Shown here piece after piece: positions 38,174 through 50,241 of a stretch of DNA of 64,000 nucleotides (position 1 is the stretch's first letter; the number at the start of each line of letters is the position of its first letter). Below the pieces are notes generated by a model. That model saw only the letters and a list, made by a program, of their open reading frames with translations, did no database searches and had not been told where the DNA came from. Made by a program: the position numbers and the translations under genes. Origin of the DNA: Mailhella sp. (lineage in GTDB: Bacteria; Desulfobacterota; Desulfovibrionia; Desulfovibrionales; Desulfovibrionaceae); contig JAFQTU010000016.1 of assembly GCA_017408905.1 (NCBI GenBank), positions 520 through 64,519 on the forward strand. Direction: 5' to 3'.

Positions 38174-41100
38174 ATGAACGAATTCCGCCAGATAAAAGCC
38201 TCGGCCGGTTCCGGCAAGACCTACACCCTTACCAGCTCCTTCCTTTCCCTGCTGGCGGGGGCTTCCGGCGCTTCGTGGAAAAAAACGCCTTCCGGCTGTG
38301 CCCTGCCCGAGGCCGACGGAGCCTACGGCTGGCAGGAGATCCTGGCCATCACCTTCACCAACAAGGCCGCCGCCGAAATGCGCGAGCGCGTGCTTTCCCG
38401 CCTCAAGGATCATGCCCTCGCCCCCGCAGGCAGGCGGCACGGCTCGCCGGAGCAGAAGTTCTGGACGCCGCCCCGGGCCAAGGCGGCTGTGGACGCCCTC
38501 ATCCGCAGTTACAGCGCCCTCAATATCCGCACCATCGACAGCCTGCTCCATCTCATGGTCCGCCTTTGCGCGCTGGACTTCGACCTTTCGCCCGACTTCG
38601 AGCCCCGCTTCAGCGAAAGCGATATCTCCGGCCCTGTTTTCGACGCTATGGCCGAACAGGCCCGCGACGGGGACGACGAGCTTGCCGAACTCTTCCGCAG
38701 GGCCTGCGAACAGCTTCTGCGTTCGGAAAATATGCGCGGCTTCCTTGCCGGGGAACGCATCCGGGAACGCGTGACGGGCATGGTCTCCCTCCTGCTCAAT
38801 GCCGACGGATGGTCCCTGCGCGACCTTGCCACGCCGGAAGAAGCCGAAGCGCATCTTTGCTCCATGGTCAGCGGCATCGAACAGCACGCGCGGGAGCTGG
38901 CCCAGCGCCTCGCCTCCGAAAAGCTCGACGCCAACAAGCGCTTCCTCAAAGCCCTCACGGACTGCGCCGAATGCGGCGGCTCCGCTTCCCGCCTCCCGGA
39001 TTCCGCCTATTTCAGAAAGGAAAGCCTTGACGAGTGCCTGAACAAAGCCTCCAAGGGCGCGGCCAGCCTTGCATCCTATGCCCTTTACGAGGCCCTGCGC
39101 GACGACCTGAACGAAGTGCGCATCCTCGTCAAGGCCCGCCGCCTCATGCCCTTTGCGGAACTGGCGCAGGCCGTGTTCGAAAGGCTGGAAGCCTTCGAAC
39201 GGCGCAGCGGCCTTATTGCCGCTTCGCAGATACCGCGCCTTGCCATACGCGCCGCCGACGATTCCGACGGCGTGAACAGCCTGTTCTGCCGCATGGGTTC
39301 GCGCATCAGCCATATCCTCATCGACGAATTTCAGGACACCAGCCGCGACCAGTGGTTCGCCATCCAGCCGCTTGCGGAAGAAGCCCTTTCCCGCAGTGGA
39401 ACGCTCACCATCGTGGGCGACGTGAAGCAGGCCATCTACGGCTGGCGCGGCGGCGACGCCGCCCTTTTCGACAGGCTGGTCAAGGCCGGTTCCCCTCTCC
39501 GCGACCTTGTGGAAGAGCCGCGGCTCGAGACCCTGCCCTGCAACTGGCGCAGCAGGGAACGCATCGTGGCGTGGAACAACGCGCTTTTCTCCCCCATCGG
39601 CGAGGAAGGCACGGCCGCAAGCCTTCTGCGCGAACTCTCTGAAGGCCACAGCGCCCTGCTCGAAGAACAGGCCGCCCTTCTGCACGGCGCCTTTGTCCGC
39701 GCCTCGCAAAGCGCGGAGCAGTGCCGCCCCGGCGGACTCGTGCATCTGCGCTGGATGGACAAGGGGCAGGAGAACGCCATCCTCCTCCAGCAGATACCCG
39801 ACCTTGTGGAGAAGCTGGGCCGCTCGCATAGCTGGGGCGACATCTGCATCCTCACCCGGAGCAACGAACAGGCTTCTCAGGCGGCTTCATGGCTCATGGC
39901 GCGGCATATCCCCGTGGTGACGCAGGGCAGTCTGCGCCTTGCCGAACAGCCAGCCGTGGCCGAACTCACGGCCCTTCTCCGCTTCCTGAACACCCCGGAA
40001 GACGACCTTGCCTTCTGGGACGTGCTCACGGGCGAACATCTCCTGCCGCCGCTCCTCGATGCGGAAGGAAGGCCGCTCGACCTGCGCCGCCTTGCGGACT
40101 GGGCCTGCACGCGCCCCCGCAGTCACAGCCTGTTCCGGCAGTTCTCCGCCGACTTTCCCGAAGCGTGGGAAGCCGTGTTCGCGCCGCTCCACGAAGAGGC
40201 CGGACTGCTCACGCCCTACGACGCGGCAATGGAGGTGCTCCAGCGCTGGAACGTGGTCGAACGCCTGCCCGAAGCCGAGGGCTTCCTGCGCCGCTTCCTC
40301 GAGGTGCTGTTCAGCATGGAGGAACAGGGCGTTTCCGACCTTTCCGGCTTCCTCGACTGGTGGGACGAAAACGGCGACAAGGAAAAAGCCCCTCTCCCGG
40401 AAAGCATGGATGCCGTACGCATCATGACCATGCACAAGGCCAAGGGGCTGGAATTCGACGTGGTCATCCTGCCGTGGATGGACTTCCCGCTGGGCCGCGC
40501 CTCGGACGACAAGGCCGTATTCTGGAACAGCCGCGGCACGGGCCTGCTGGCCCCGCTCTGCAGGGAAATGGGAGAGCCGTGGCTGAGGCATCGCATGGAA
40601 ACGGCCCGCGAAGCCCTGCATCTGGCCTACGTGGCCATGACGCGCGCCGTCTCCGAACTCTACTGCTTCCTGCCTTCCCCCGAATGCGGCCCTGTTCCGG
40701 CCATGCTGGACGAACTGCTCTCCCGCCTGCATCCGCAGATGAAGGAAAGCGGGCAGACGGCCCTCTGGGGAGAAGGCGCACCGGCGGAAGGCATCCATGA
40801 GGAAAGCCTGCCGCCCTCCCTGCCGGAAGCGCACGCCGGAAGCCGACGCCCCGAAGAGACAACACCTTCCTGCCGCGAGCCCGAACCCTCAGAAGAGAGG
40901 GAAGAGGACTGGCGGCCTATGGGCTGGCTCCCGCGCCTGCGCATGTTCCGTTCCCCGCTGGAAGACTGGACCTTCACGGCGCGGCGGCGCGGTACGCTGG
41001 TGCACCATTGCCTCGAATGTATGCAGGTATCGGGCCTTGGCCGGGATTCGGCCCGCCGCGATGCCGAACTGGCCGCCGCACGCGGCCTTTCCACCTTCCC

Positions 41101-41464
41101 CCTGCCCGTGCCGGACAAGGAAGCCGTGCTGGCCGACATCGTGGAAGACCTGACATGGTACGCCTCCCTGCCCGAAACGCCGCACTGGCTGGCCTGCGGC
41201 ACGCCCGAACACGCCATGCTGGATGCGGACGGGCGGCAGTTCCGCGTGGACCTGCTCGTCGATGACGGGCGCGAACTGGTGGCCGTGGAATACAAGACCG
41301 GTACGCCCGGCGACCTGCCCGCCCCCGCACACGTCGAACAGCTTTCCCGCTATCTGCGCCTGCTGGCCGAAGCTTCCGACCTGCCCGTGCGCGGCGTGCT
41401 CGTCTATCTCGACAGGCGCGCCCTCATCACGCTGGATTCCCCTGACGGAGCCTGCCATGCCTGA
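38174..41464 (+). CDS. addA: AddA-like UvrD helicase/nuclease
   Basis: ASAGSGKT, ITFTNKAAAEM, IDEFQDTS, VGDVKQAIY.WRG, MTMHKAKGLEF, YVAMTRA and a C-terminal RVDLL...EYKTG. Confidence 0.9.
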   Translation: MNEFRQIKASAGSGKTYTLTSSFLSLLAGASGASWKKTPSGCALPEADGAYGWQEILAITFTNKAAAEMRERVLSRLKDHALAPAGRRHGSPEQKFWTPPRAKAAVDALIRSYSALNIRTIDSLLHLMVRLCALDFDLSPDFEPRFSESDISGPVFDAMAEQARDGDDELAELFRRACEQLLRSENMRGFLAGERIRERVTGMVSLLLNADGWSLRDLATPEEAEAHLCSMVSGIEQHARELAQRLASEKLDANKRFLKALTDCAECGGSASRLPDSAYFRKESLDECLNKASKGAASLASYALYEALRDDLNEVRILVKARRLMPFAELAQAVFERLEAFERRSGLIAASQIPRLAIRAADDSDGVNSLFCRMGSRISHILIDEFQDTSRDQWFAIQPLAEEALSRSGTLTIVGDVKQAIYGWRGGDAALFDRLVKAGSPLRDLVEEPRLETLPCNWRSRERIVAWNNALFSPIGEEGTAASLLRELSEGHSALLEEQAALLHGAFVRASQSAEQCRPGGLVHLRWMDKGQENAILLQQIPDLVEKLGRSHSWGDICILTRSNEQASQAASWLMARHIPVVTQGSLRLAEQPAVAELTALLRFLNTPEDDLAFWDVLTGEHLLPPLLDAEGRPLDLRRLADWACTRPRSHSLFRQFSADFPEAWEAVFAPLHEEAGLLTPYDAAMEVLQRWNVVERLPEAEGFLRRFLEVLFSMEEQGVSDLSGFLDWWDENGDKEKAPLPESMDAVRIMTMHKAKGLEFDVVILPWMDFPLGRASDDKAVFWNSRGTGLLAPLCREMGEPWLRHRMETAREALHLAYVAMTRAVSELYCFLPSPECGPVPAMLDELLSRLHPQMKESGQTALWGEGAPAEGIHEESLPPSLPEAHAGSRRPEETTPSCREPEPSEEREEDWRPMGWLPRLRMFRSPLEDWTFTARRRGTLVHHCLECMQVSGLGRDSARRDAELAAARGLSTFPLPVPDKEAVLADIVEDLTWYASLPETPHWLACGTPEHAMLDADGRQFRVDLLVDDGRELVAVEYKTGTPGDLPAPAHVEQLSRYLRLLAEASDLPVRGVLVYLDRRALITLDSPDGACHA

Positions 41465-44400
41465 TCTTTCCCTCCTCGGTTCCGGCCACTCCCCCCGCAG
41501 GGGGCGCACCTCGCGTTCCGCCCAGCCGAAAGGGCGGCCGCCCTTCCGCATCGTCCCGTGGGACGACGATTTCCTTCTGCGCATCCACGCCCTTGCCGAT
41601 GAACTGACCGGCGGAAGGCCCGGCAAGGCCGTCATCGTGTTCCCGCTGAACCGCCCGCGCCGCTACCTTCTCGACATCTACAGGAAACATGCCGACCGGC
41701 CCACCATGCTCCCGCATATCGTGAACGCTGGCCAGCTCATCCAGCTCTGTCTGGAAAGCTGGACGCGCACCGTCCCGCGCATGGCGGGAACGCTGGATCA
41801 GGTGGCGCTGGTCAAGGAAAGCGTGCAGGCCGTGGCCTCGTCCGCGCCTGCCGGAAGCCCGCTCGCTCGTCTGGCCCGCGACCTTGAGGCCGAAGACGGC
41901 ATGGCCCGCTTCTTCCCGTGGGGCGTGCGCCTTGCCCGCCTGCTCGACGAATGTGCCGGGCACATGGTGGACGCCAGCGATCTTCTCCATGTGGAAGACA
42001 TGGTGTCCGACTACGCCGCGGCCCTTCTCGGCTCCCTGCGGAGCATCCAGGAAGACTACCGCGCCCGCATCGTGGGCAGGGGCATGAGCACGCCGGGCCT
42101 TGAATCCCAGCGGGCGGCCCTCATGGCAGGAGCTTCCCCCGACCTGCCGCTCAAGCTTCAGGGCAGAAAGGTCATCATCGCCGGTTTCGTGCGGCTCACC
42201 GCCTCGGAAGACAGGCTGTTCCGCTACCTCTGGGAACAGGGGGCCGAGATCTGCCTGCATACCGACCCGGGCATACTGGAAAATGCCGGGCACTGGAGCT
42301 GCGGAGAACATCGCGCATGGCTCAAGCGCTGGAAGGCGCACGGCCTGCTCATGGGCGAGAGCCGGAACATGGAGCAGGAGATGCACTTCTTCGCCGGGTA
42401 CGACCTCCATTCCCAGCTCCGCGAACTGCAGAAGGAGCTGGAACGCGCCCCGCACGAGGGGGAAAGCCGGGCCGTGGTCATTTCCCACGATTCCCTGCTC
42501 ATGCCTACCCTGCACCACATCCCCGAAAAAAACATCAATATCTCTCTGGGCTATCCCTTGGAGCGCTCCCTGCTGGCCCGCCTTGTGGAGCGCATCCTTC
42601 AGGTTCGGGAAAGCATGGACGGGCAGGGCCGGGTGCGCTGGAAGCCGCTCATGGACCTTATGCGGCATCCCTATGTGCGTATGCTCTGCACTGCCGGGGA
42701 GAGCGCCGACGGCACACAAAAGTTAGGCGCGCAAAACACCGGTCTCAACACTCATCCCCTTCGCCCCTTCCTCATGCACATGGAATATGCGCTGAGAAAA
42801 GGGAAGCGCATGGTCGATGCCGCCGCCCTCACGGCCGACCTGCTCGACGACGTGCTCGGCGACCTGGACAGGGAAGCCAAGGGCCTGCCGCCCCTCGACG
42901 GCGTGAACGAAACGAACGGGGCCCTGCTGGCCGATGTGGTGGATATCCTTGTCTCCCGCTGGCGCGAAGTGAAGACGCTGGGCGACCTTGCCGACAGTCT
43001 GCGCGCCCTGTGCCAGCTCCTTCTCGAGCATGGCCGCCACATCTGGCCGAATTTCCCGCTGGACGCCGAATGTCTGGCGCGCCTCATGCAGAACGTCATC
43101 CCCGAACTGGCGGACAATGCCCTGTGCCGCGAAACCCTGTCGCTGGAATCGCTGTTCTCCATCCTGCGCCAGAGCATAGCGGAACAGCGCGTCCCCTTCG
43201 AAGCGGACCCTCTCACCGGCCTGCAAATACTCGGCACGCTGGAAACGCGCCTCCTGCGCTTCGACCGCGTCTATCTGCTCGACCTTACCGAAGACGCCCT
43301 GCCCGGCTCACCGGCACGCGACCCTCTCCTGCCGGACAGCCTGCGCGATATGCTCGGCCTGCCCGACAGCGACCGGCGCGATATGCTGGCCGCGCATACC
43401 TTCCACCGCCTGCTTGCCGGTGCGAAGGAAGTCTTCCTCTACTGGCAGGAAGGCGTGCAGAGTTCCGGCGTCATGGATGCCAAGAAACAGCGTTCGCGTT
43501 TTGTGGAAGAAGCCGTCTGGCGCGTGGAACAGCGCGAAGGCAGGCGGCTTCAGGCTGGTGAAGGGCCGCTCCGCTCCGCCGCCTTCCCGGTTTCGCCGCC
43601 CCCTGCCGCAGACGAGCGCGCCATCCCGCGCACGGCGGATATCGACCGCCGCATGGAAGAACTGCTGAAAAAAACGCTCTCGCCTTCCCGGCTGGACGAG
43701 TATCTCTCCTGCCCGGTGCGCTTCTTCCACCGGTATGTCTGCTCCCTCAAGGACATGGACGACGTTCCCGAAGGCGACGATTACCCCGCCGTGGGCACGA
43801 TGCTCCACCGCGTCCTGTACCGGGCCTTCGAACCCTATCTGGGGCGCTTCCTGCACGCAGGCGACATCTCGGAAGAAAGGCTCGACGCCCTGTTCCGCGA
43901 AGAGCTTCTGGCCAGCGGCCTTTGCGACAGCCTGCCCGCGCAGAGCCGCTTCATGCTCGAAGCGGCAGGCCCGCACCGCCTGCACGATTTCCTTGCGCAT
44001 CAGCCGGAACTCACGGAAGTGCTCCAGCTCGAACAGGACAGTTCGGCCGAGCTCATGGCCGGGGAAAGGCGCTTCGTTCTGGGCGGGCAGATAGACAGAC
44101 TGGACCGCCGGGAACAGGGGCTTGTCATCCTCGACTACAAGAGCGGCCGCACCAGCAGAAGCCCGCGCCGCGAATTCTGGAACGACGAGCCCTTGTGGCA
44201 GGCCATGCGTGAATGGCAGCCGGGCATGGCCGACCCTCTGCCCGACCTTGCCGACAGCCTGCCCAGCCTTCAGCTCCCCTGCTATCTCTACATCTGCGGC
44301 CACGACCCGAAAAACGCCGCGCTCCTTCGCCTGTCCCCGCTGGCCGATGCCGCATGGGTACAGCTTGCCGACGGCGGGGAAGAGCTTTCCCTCATGGGAA

Positions 44401-44558
44401 CAGCCGTGGACGAGGAGGAACGCAGGAGCATCATAGAGGAACGCATCCCCGAACTTCTGAACTTCGTTCTGCGCCATATGGCAGAAGCCCGCGAGTTCCG
44501 CCCAAGGCGCACGCCCTCCTGCGAGCGATGCCCCTATCGGAAGACCTGCGGAAGATAG
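41457..44558 (+). CDS. addB: AddB-like PD-(D/E)XK nuclease with 4-Cys Fe-S motif
   Basis: Overlaps the addA stop. Motifs: LGTLETR, SRF, YLSCP...IDRLD...DYKSG...CERCPYRKTC. Confidence 0.85.
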   Translation: MPDLSLLGSGHSPRRGRTSRSAQPKGRPPFRIVPWDDDFLLRIHALADELTGGRPGKAVIVFPLNRPRRYLLDIYRKHADRPTMLPHIVNAGQLIQLCLESWTRTVPRMAGTLDQVALVKESVQAVASSAPAGSPLARLARDLEAEDGMARFFPWGVRLARLLDECAGHMVDASDLLHVEDMVSDYAAALLGSLRSIQEDYRARIVGRGMSTPGLESQRAALMAGASPDLPLKLQGRKVIIAGFVRLTASEDRLFRYLWEQGAEICLHTDPGILENAGHWSCGEHRAWLKRWKAHGLLMGESRNMEQEMHFFAGYDLHSQLRELQKELERAPHEGESRAVVISHDSLLMPTLHHIPEKNINISLGYPLERSLLARLVERILQVRESMDGQGRVRWKPLMDLMRHPYVRMLCTAGESADGTQKLGAQNTGLNTHPLRPFLMHMEYALRKGKRMVDAAALTADLLDDVLGDLDREAKGLPPLDGVNETNGALLADVVDILVSRWREVKTLGDLADSLRALCQLLLEHGRHIWPNFPLDAECLARLMQNVIPELADNALCRETLSLESLFSILRQSIAEQRVPFEADPLTGLQILGTLETRLLRFDRVYLLDLTEDALPGSPARDPLLPDSLRDMLGLPDSDRRDMLAAHTFHRLLAGAKEVFLYWQEGVQSSGVMDAKKQRSRFVEEAVWRVEQREGRRLQAGEGPLRSAAFPVSPPPAADERAIPRTADIDRRMEELLKKTLSPSRLDEYLSCPVRFFHRYVCSLKDMDDVPEGDDYPAVGTMLHRVLYRAFEPYLGRFLHAGDISEERLDALFREELLASGLCDSLPAQSRFMLEAAGPHRLHDFLAHQPELTEVLQLEQDSSAELMAGERRFVLGGQIDRLDRREQGLVILDYKSGRTSRSPRREFWNDEPLWQAMREWQPGMADPLPDLADSLPSLQLPCYLYICGHDPKNAALLRLSPLADAAWVQLADGGEELSLMGTAVDEEERRSIIEERIPELLNFVLRHMAEAREFRPRRTPSCERCPYRKTCGR

Positions 44559-44562
44559 CACT

Positions 44563-44600
44563 GAAGACCGCCTGCCGGATATCCAGCGGGCGGTCTTTCT
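44563..44600 (+). terminator. Intrinsic terminator after addB
   Basis: GAAGACCGCCTGCCGG-ATAT-CCAGCGGGCGGTCTTTCT. Confidence 0.75.
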
Positions 44601-45322
44601 GTATGCGCGTGCAGTGCAGGAGTGAGGAGTTCGCAGCATTCGCAGTTCGGCATGGCGGAATCTGCCGTCGTCTCCGCCGTACCTTGGCCAGAACACGCCC
44701 TTCGCGTCATGAAGAAGGGCATGGCAGGACAGAAATGGGGGCCGGACGTCATGGCGCATCCGGCTGAGGAGTTCTCCGAAAGTTCGGAGCGGGGGAAATT
44801 TTGCCAGCATGCATGGCGGGCATACTGGCAATGCGGAGGAGTTCTTCCGAAAGGGGACCTGAATCCTTCGGAAGCCTATGGCGAAAATATCATGGATCTG
44901 CAGTCCATCTCCTTCCGCATGGGCAGAGAAATTTTGCCGGACATCCAGACAAATGCCCGGCGGAAGCGCTTCCTCGGAACAAAGCGCTTGGTGGAATCAG
45001 CGGAACGCTCGGATCATCCCGCTGCTGTTATGGCGAACAAGCGAAGACTTGGTGCTTTCGGGCCGCCCTCCACTATGGAGGGCGGCCCTCGCCGCACCAG
45101 GAGACTGAGGCATGGCCTCAGCACGGAACACGGAACGCCCGTGTTCCAATACCTGCGAGAGCTGGGCTCTCGCGAAATTTTGCCGCCTGACGTCCTCCGA
45201 AGGTCGGAGTCAAGCCGTCGTCAGACGGCGGAGGGGGGAGGTCATATGTTGCCCTGGGCCTTTGCGAACACTCTGCGATTGTCAAATGAGCGGCTTCTGC
45301 GTTGGAGCTTCCCGCTCTCGTT
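44601..45322 (-). ncRNA. Candidate large structured non-coding RNA of unknown family
   Basis: About 14 hairpins, repeated motifs, G-U wobble asymmetry favouring the minus strand, and an upstream promoter-like sequence (see findings). Boundaries are approximate. Confidence 0.55.
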
Positions 45323-45328
45323 GATTTA

Positions 45329-45380
45329 GTAGTAATGAATTCTATTTTCAAAGTCAACACTTTTTTTCCTTCTCTCTAAA
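45329..45380 (-). promoter_or_regulatory. Putative sigma70 promoter firing into the hairpin-rich region
   Basis: Minus strand A-tracts, then GTG-TTGACT (45357-45352)-N17-TACTAC. The -35 and UP-like tract are good; the -10 is only a partial match. Confidence 0.45.
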
Positions 45381-45539
45381 AAATTTTTTTCGAGGGGCAT
45401 TTATCGCTTTTCATCGAAAAGACAATCACATATAACTGTTCAGGCACGGGTAGCGATGGGCTGGGCTTCGAAGCCTTGCCGGAACGCCCCGGGCCATGCA
45501 TCAGAACTTGAGTATTCCAACACATAGAAGGGTTCACGC

Positions 45540-47183
45540 ATGAAAACCAAATTTATCTTCGTCACCGGCGGTGTCCTTTCCTCTCTTGGCAAAGGCCTTG
45601 CGGTAGCCTCCCTCGGCGCTCTCCTGAAGGCTCGCGGCCTTTCCGTGACCGTGCAGAAGCTCGACCCCTACCTCAATATCGACCCTGGTACGCTGAACCC
45701 CCTCGAGCACGGTGAAGTGTTCGTTACCGACGACGGCGCCGAAGCCGACCTCGATCTCGGCCATTACGAGCGCTACCTCGACGTTTCCCTCTCCCAGCTC
45801 AACACCATCACCTCGGGCCGCATCTACTGGCGCGTTCTCAACAAGGAACGCCGCGGCGAGTACAAGGGCGGCACTATCCAGGTGATCCCCAACATCACCG
45901 ACGAGATCAAGCACACCCTGCTGCGGATAGGCGAATCGGAAAACGCCCCCGACGTTGCCCTTGTGGAAATCGGCGGCACTGTGGGCGATATCGAAGGCCT
46001 GCCCTTCCTCGAAGCCATCCGCCAGCTCCGTTCCGAGCTTGGCCGCCAGAACTGCCTGAACATCCACCTTTCCTACGTTCCCTACATCCAGGCCGCCGGC
46101 GAATACAAGACCAAGCCCACCCAGCACAGCACCAAGGCCCTCCTGGCCATCGGCATCCAGCCCGACATCATCCTCTGCCGCTGTGAAAAGCCGCTTCCTG
46201 CCGACCTCAAGAAGAAGATCGCCCTGTTCTGCAACGTGGATCAGGACGCTGTGTTCACTTCCGTGGACGTGAAGAACGTGTACGAAGTGCCGCTCAAGTT
46301 CTACGACGAAGGCCTCGACCTCAAGGTGTCCATGCTCCTCACCCTGCCTGCCCGCCGCGCCCACCTCGACGGCTGGCGCAAGCTCATGGACGACTTCGAG
46401 GAAAGCGCCAAGCGCAAGATCGTCATCGGCATCGTGGGCAAGTATGTCGAGCTCAAGGAAGCCTACAAGAGCCTGCACGAAGCCCTTGTCCATGCCGGTG
46501 TGGCCAATCTCACCAGCCTTGACCTGCGCTATATCAACTCCGAGGACATCACCGCCAAAACGGCCGACGCCCTCCTCAAGGACTGCGACGGCATCCTCGT
46601 TCCCGACGGCTTCGGCTACCGCGGCGTGGAAGGCAAGATCGAAGCCATCCGCTACGCCCGCGAAAAGAAGATCCCCTTCTTCGGCGAAAGCCTCGGCCTG
46701 CAGTGCGCCGTCATCGAATTCGCCCGCAACGTGGCCGGCCTCGACCACGCCAACTCCGCTGAATTCGCCCCCGAGAACGACCAGAACGTCATCTACACCA
46801 TGGAAGGCGTGGACTACCGCCAGAAGGCCAAGGAATTCCAGAACGAAACCAGCGACAAGAGCGCCGATTTCCGCCTTGGCGCCTATCCCTGCGTCATCGC
46901 TCCCGATACCCTCGCCGCCGCCGCGTACCAGCTCGAAGAGACCTCCGAGCGCCATCGCCACAGCTACGAGTTCAACAACGCCTTCCGCGACATTCTTGTG
47001 GAAAAGGGCCTTATCATCTCCGGCACGTCCCCTGACGGCAAGCTCGTGGAAATCGTGGAACTGGCCGACCATCCCTGGTTCCTGGCCTGCCACTTCCACC
47101 CCGAATTCAAGTCCCGCCCCATGAAGGCCCACCCCCTGCTCAAGGACTTCGTGGCCGCCGCCCTGAAGAAGTCCGGCAAGTAA
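45540..47183 (+). CDS. pyrG: CTP synthase with degenerate glutaminase domain
   Basis: [36 protein letters not shown] and HPEF are present. The catalytic GICLG motif reads GESLG. Confidence 0.95.
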   Translation: MKTKFIFVTGGVLSSLGKGLAVASLGALLKARGLSVTVQKLDPYLNIDPGTLNPLEHGEVFVTDDGAEADLDLGHYERYLDVSLSQLNTITSGRIYWRVLNKERRGEYKGGTIQVIPNITDEIKHTLLRIGESENAPDVALVEIGGTVGDIEGLPFLEAIRQLRSELGRQNCLNIHLSYVPYIQAAGEYKTKPTQHSTKALLAIGIQPDIILCRCEKPLPADLKKKIALFCNVDQDAVFTSVDVKNVYEVPLKFYDEGLDLKVSMLLTLPARRAHLDGWRKLMDDFEESAKRKIVIGIVGKYVELKEAYKSLHEALVHAGVANLTSLDLRYINSEDITAKTADALLKDCDGILVPDGFGYRGVEGKIEAIRYAREKKIPFFGESLGLQCAVIEFARNVAGLDHANSAEFAPENDQNVIYTMEGVDYRQKAKEFQNETSDKSADFRLGAYPCVIAPDTLAAAAYQLEETSERHRHSYEFNNAFRDILVEKGLIISGTSPDGKLVEIVELADHPWFLACHFHPEFKSRPMKAHPLLKDFVAAALKKSGK

Positions 47184-47202
47184 GACCAATCTAACATAAC
47201 AG

Positions 47203-47244
47203 CAAAGCCCTGCAAGTCTCCACGACTCGCAGGGCTTTTGTTTT
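47203..47244 (+). terminator. Intrinsic terminator after pyrG
   Basis: CAAAGCCCTGC...GCAGGGCTTTTGTTTT. Confidence 0.75.
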
Positions 47245-47355
47245 CTGCCTGACTGACAGATCTCCGATCTCAGCTCCCCCAAAACTCTCCCACGAAAAAG
47301 CGGCTCCGTTCCTCGTTGGAGGAGCGGAGCCGCCCAGTGATGCTTTCGCTTCAGC

Positions 47356-50049
<2,694 letters not shown>

Positions 50050-50241
50050 CGTTATCTCCAGAAAAAAACATTGGAACGAAGCAGAGAATAAGTCATGCCT
50101 TCGGGTTTGGCAAATGTTCTCAGTGGCTTTTTTGCGCTGAAATATCCATTATGTGCCATGAAACGGCATGGGCTGGACAAATTTTCCCGGAAAATCTACG
50201 CTTGCCGATATCCCTTCCCCCTGCGCTCCTGCCGAGGTTCC

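Noticed and set aside
44601-45322. CsrB/RsmZ-like RNA on the plus strand (many GGA)
   Set aside because: Most GGA trinucleotides fall in stems rather than loops, and plus-strand helices carry C-A mismatches.
44601-45322. RNase P RNA, tmRNA, 6S RNA, group II intron or CRISPR array
   Set aside because: No GAGGAAAGUCC core, no tRNA-like ends or tag frame, no domain V motif, and no regularly spaced identical repeats.
44622-45329. 235-aa plus-strand ORF across the hairpin-rich region
   Set aside because: No recognisable domain, codon usage unlike neighbouring genes, it starts right after the addB terminator, and the wobble pattern points to the opposite strand. Not formally excluded.
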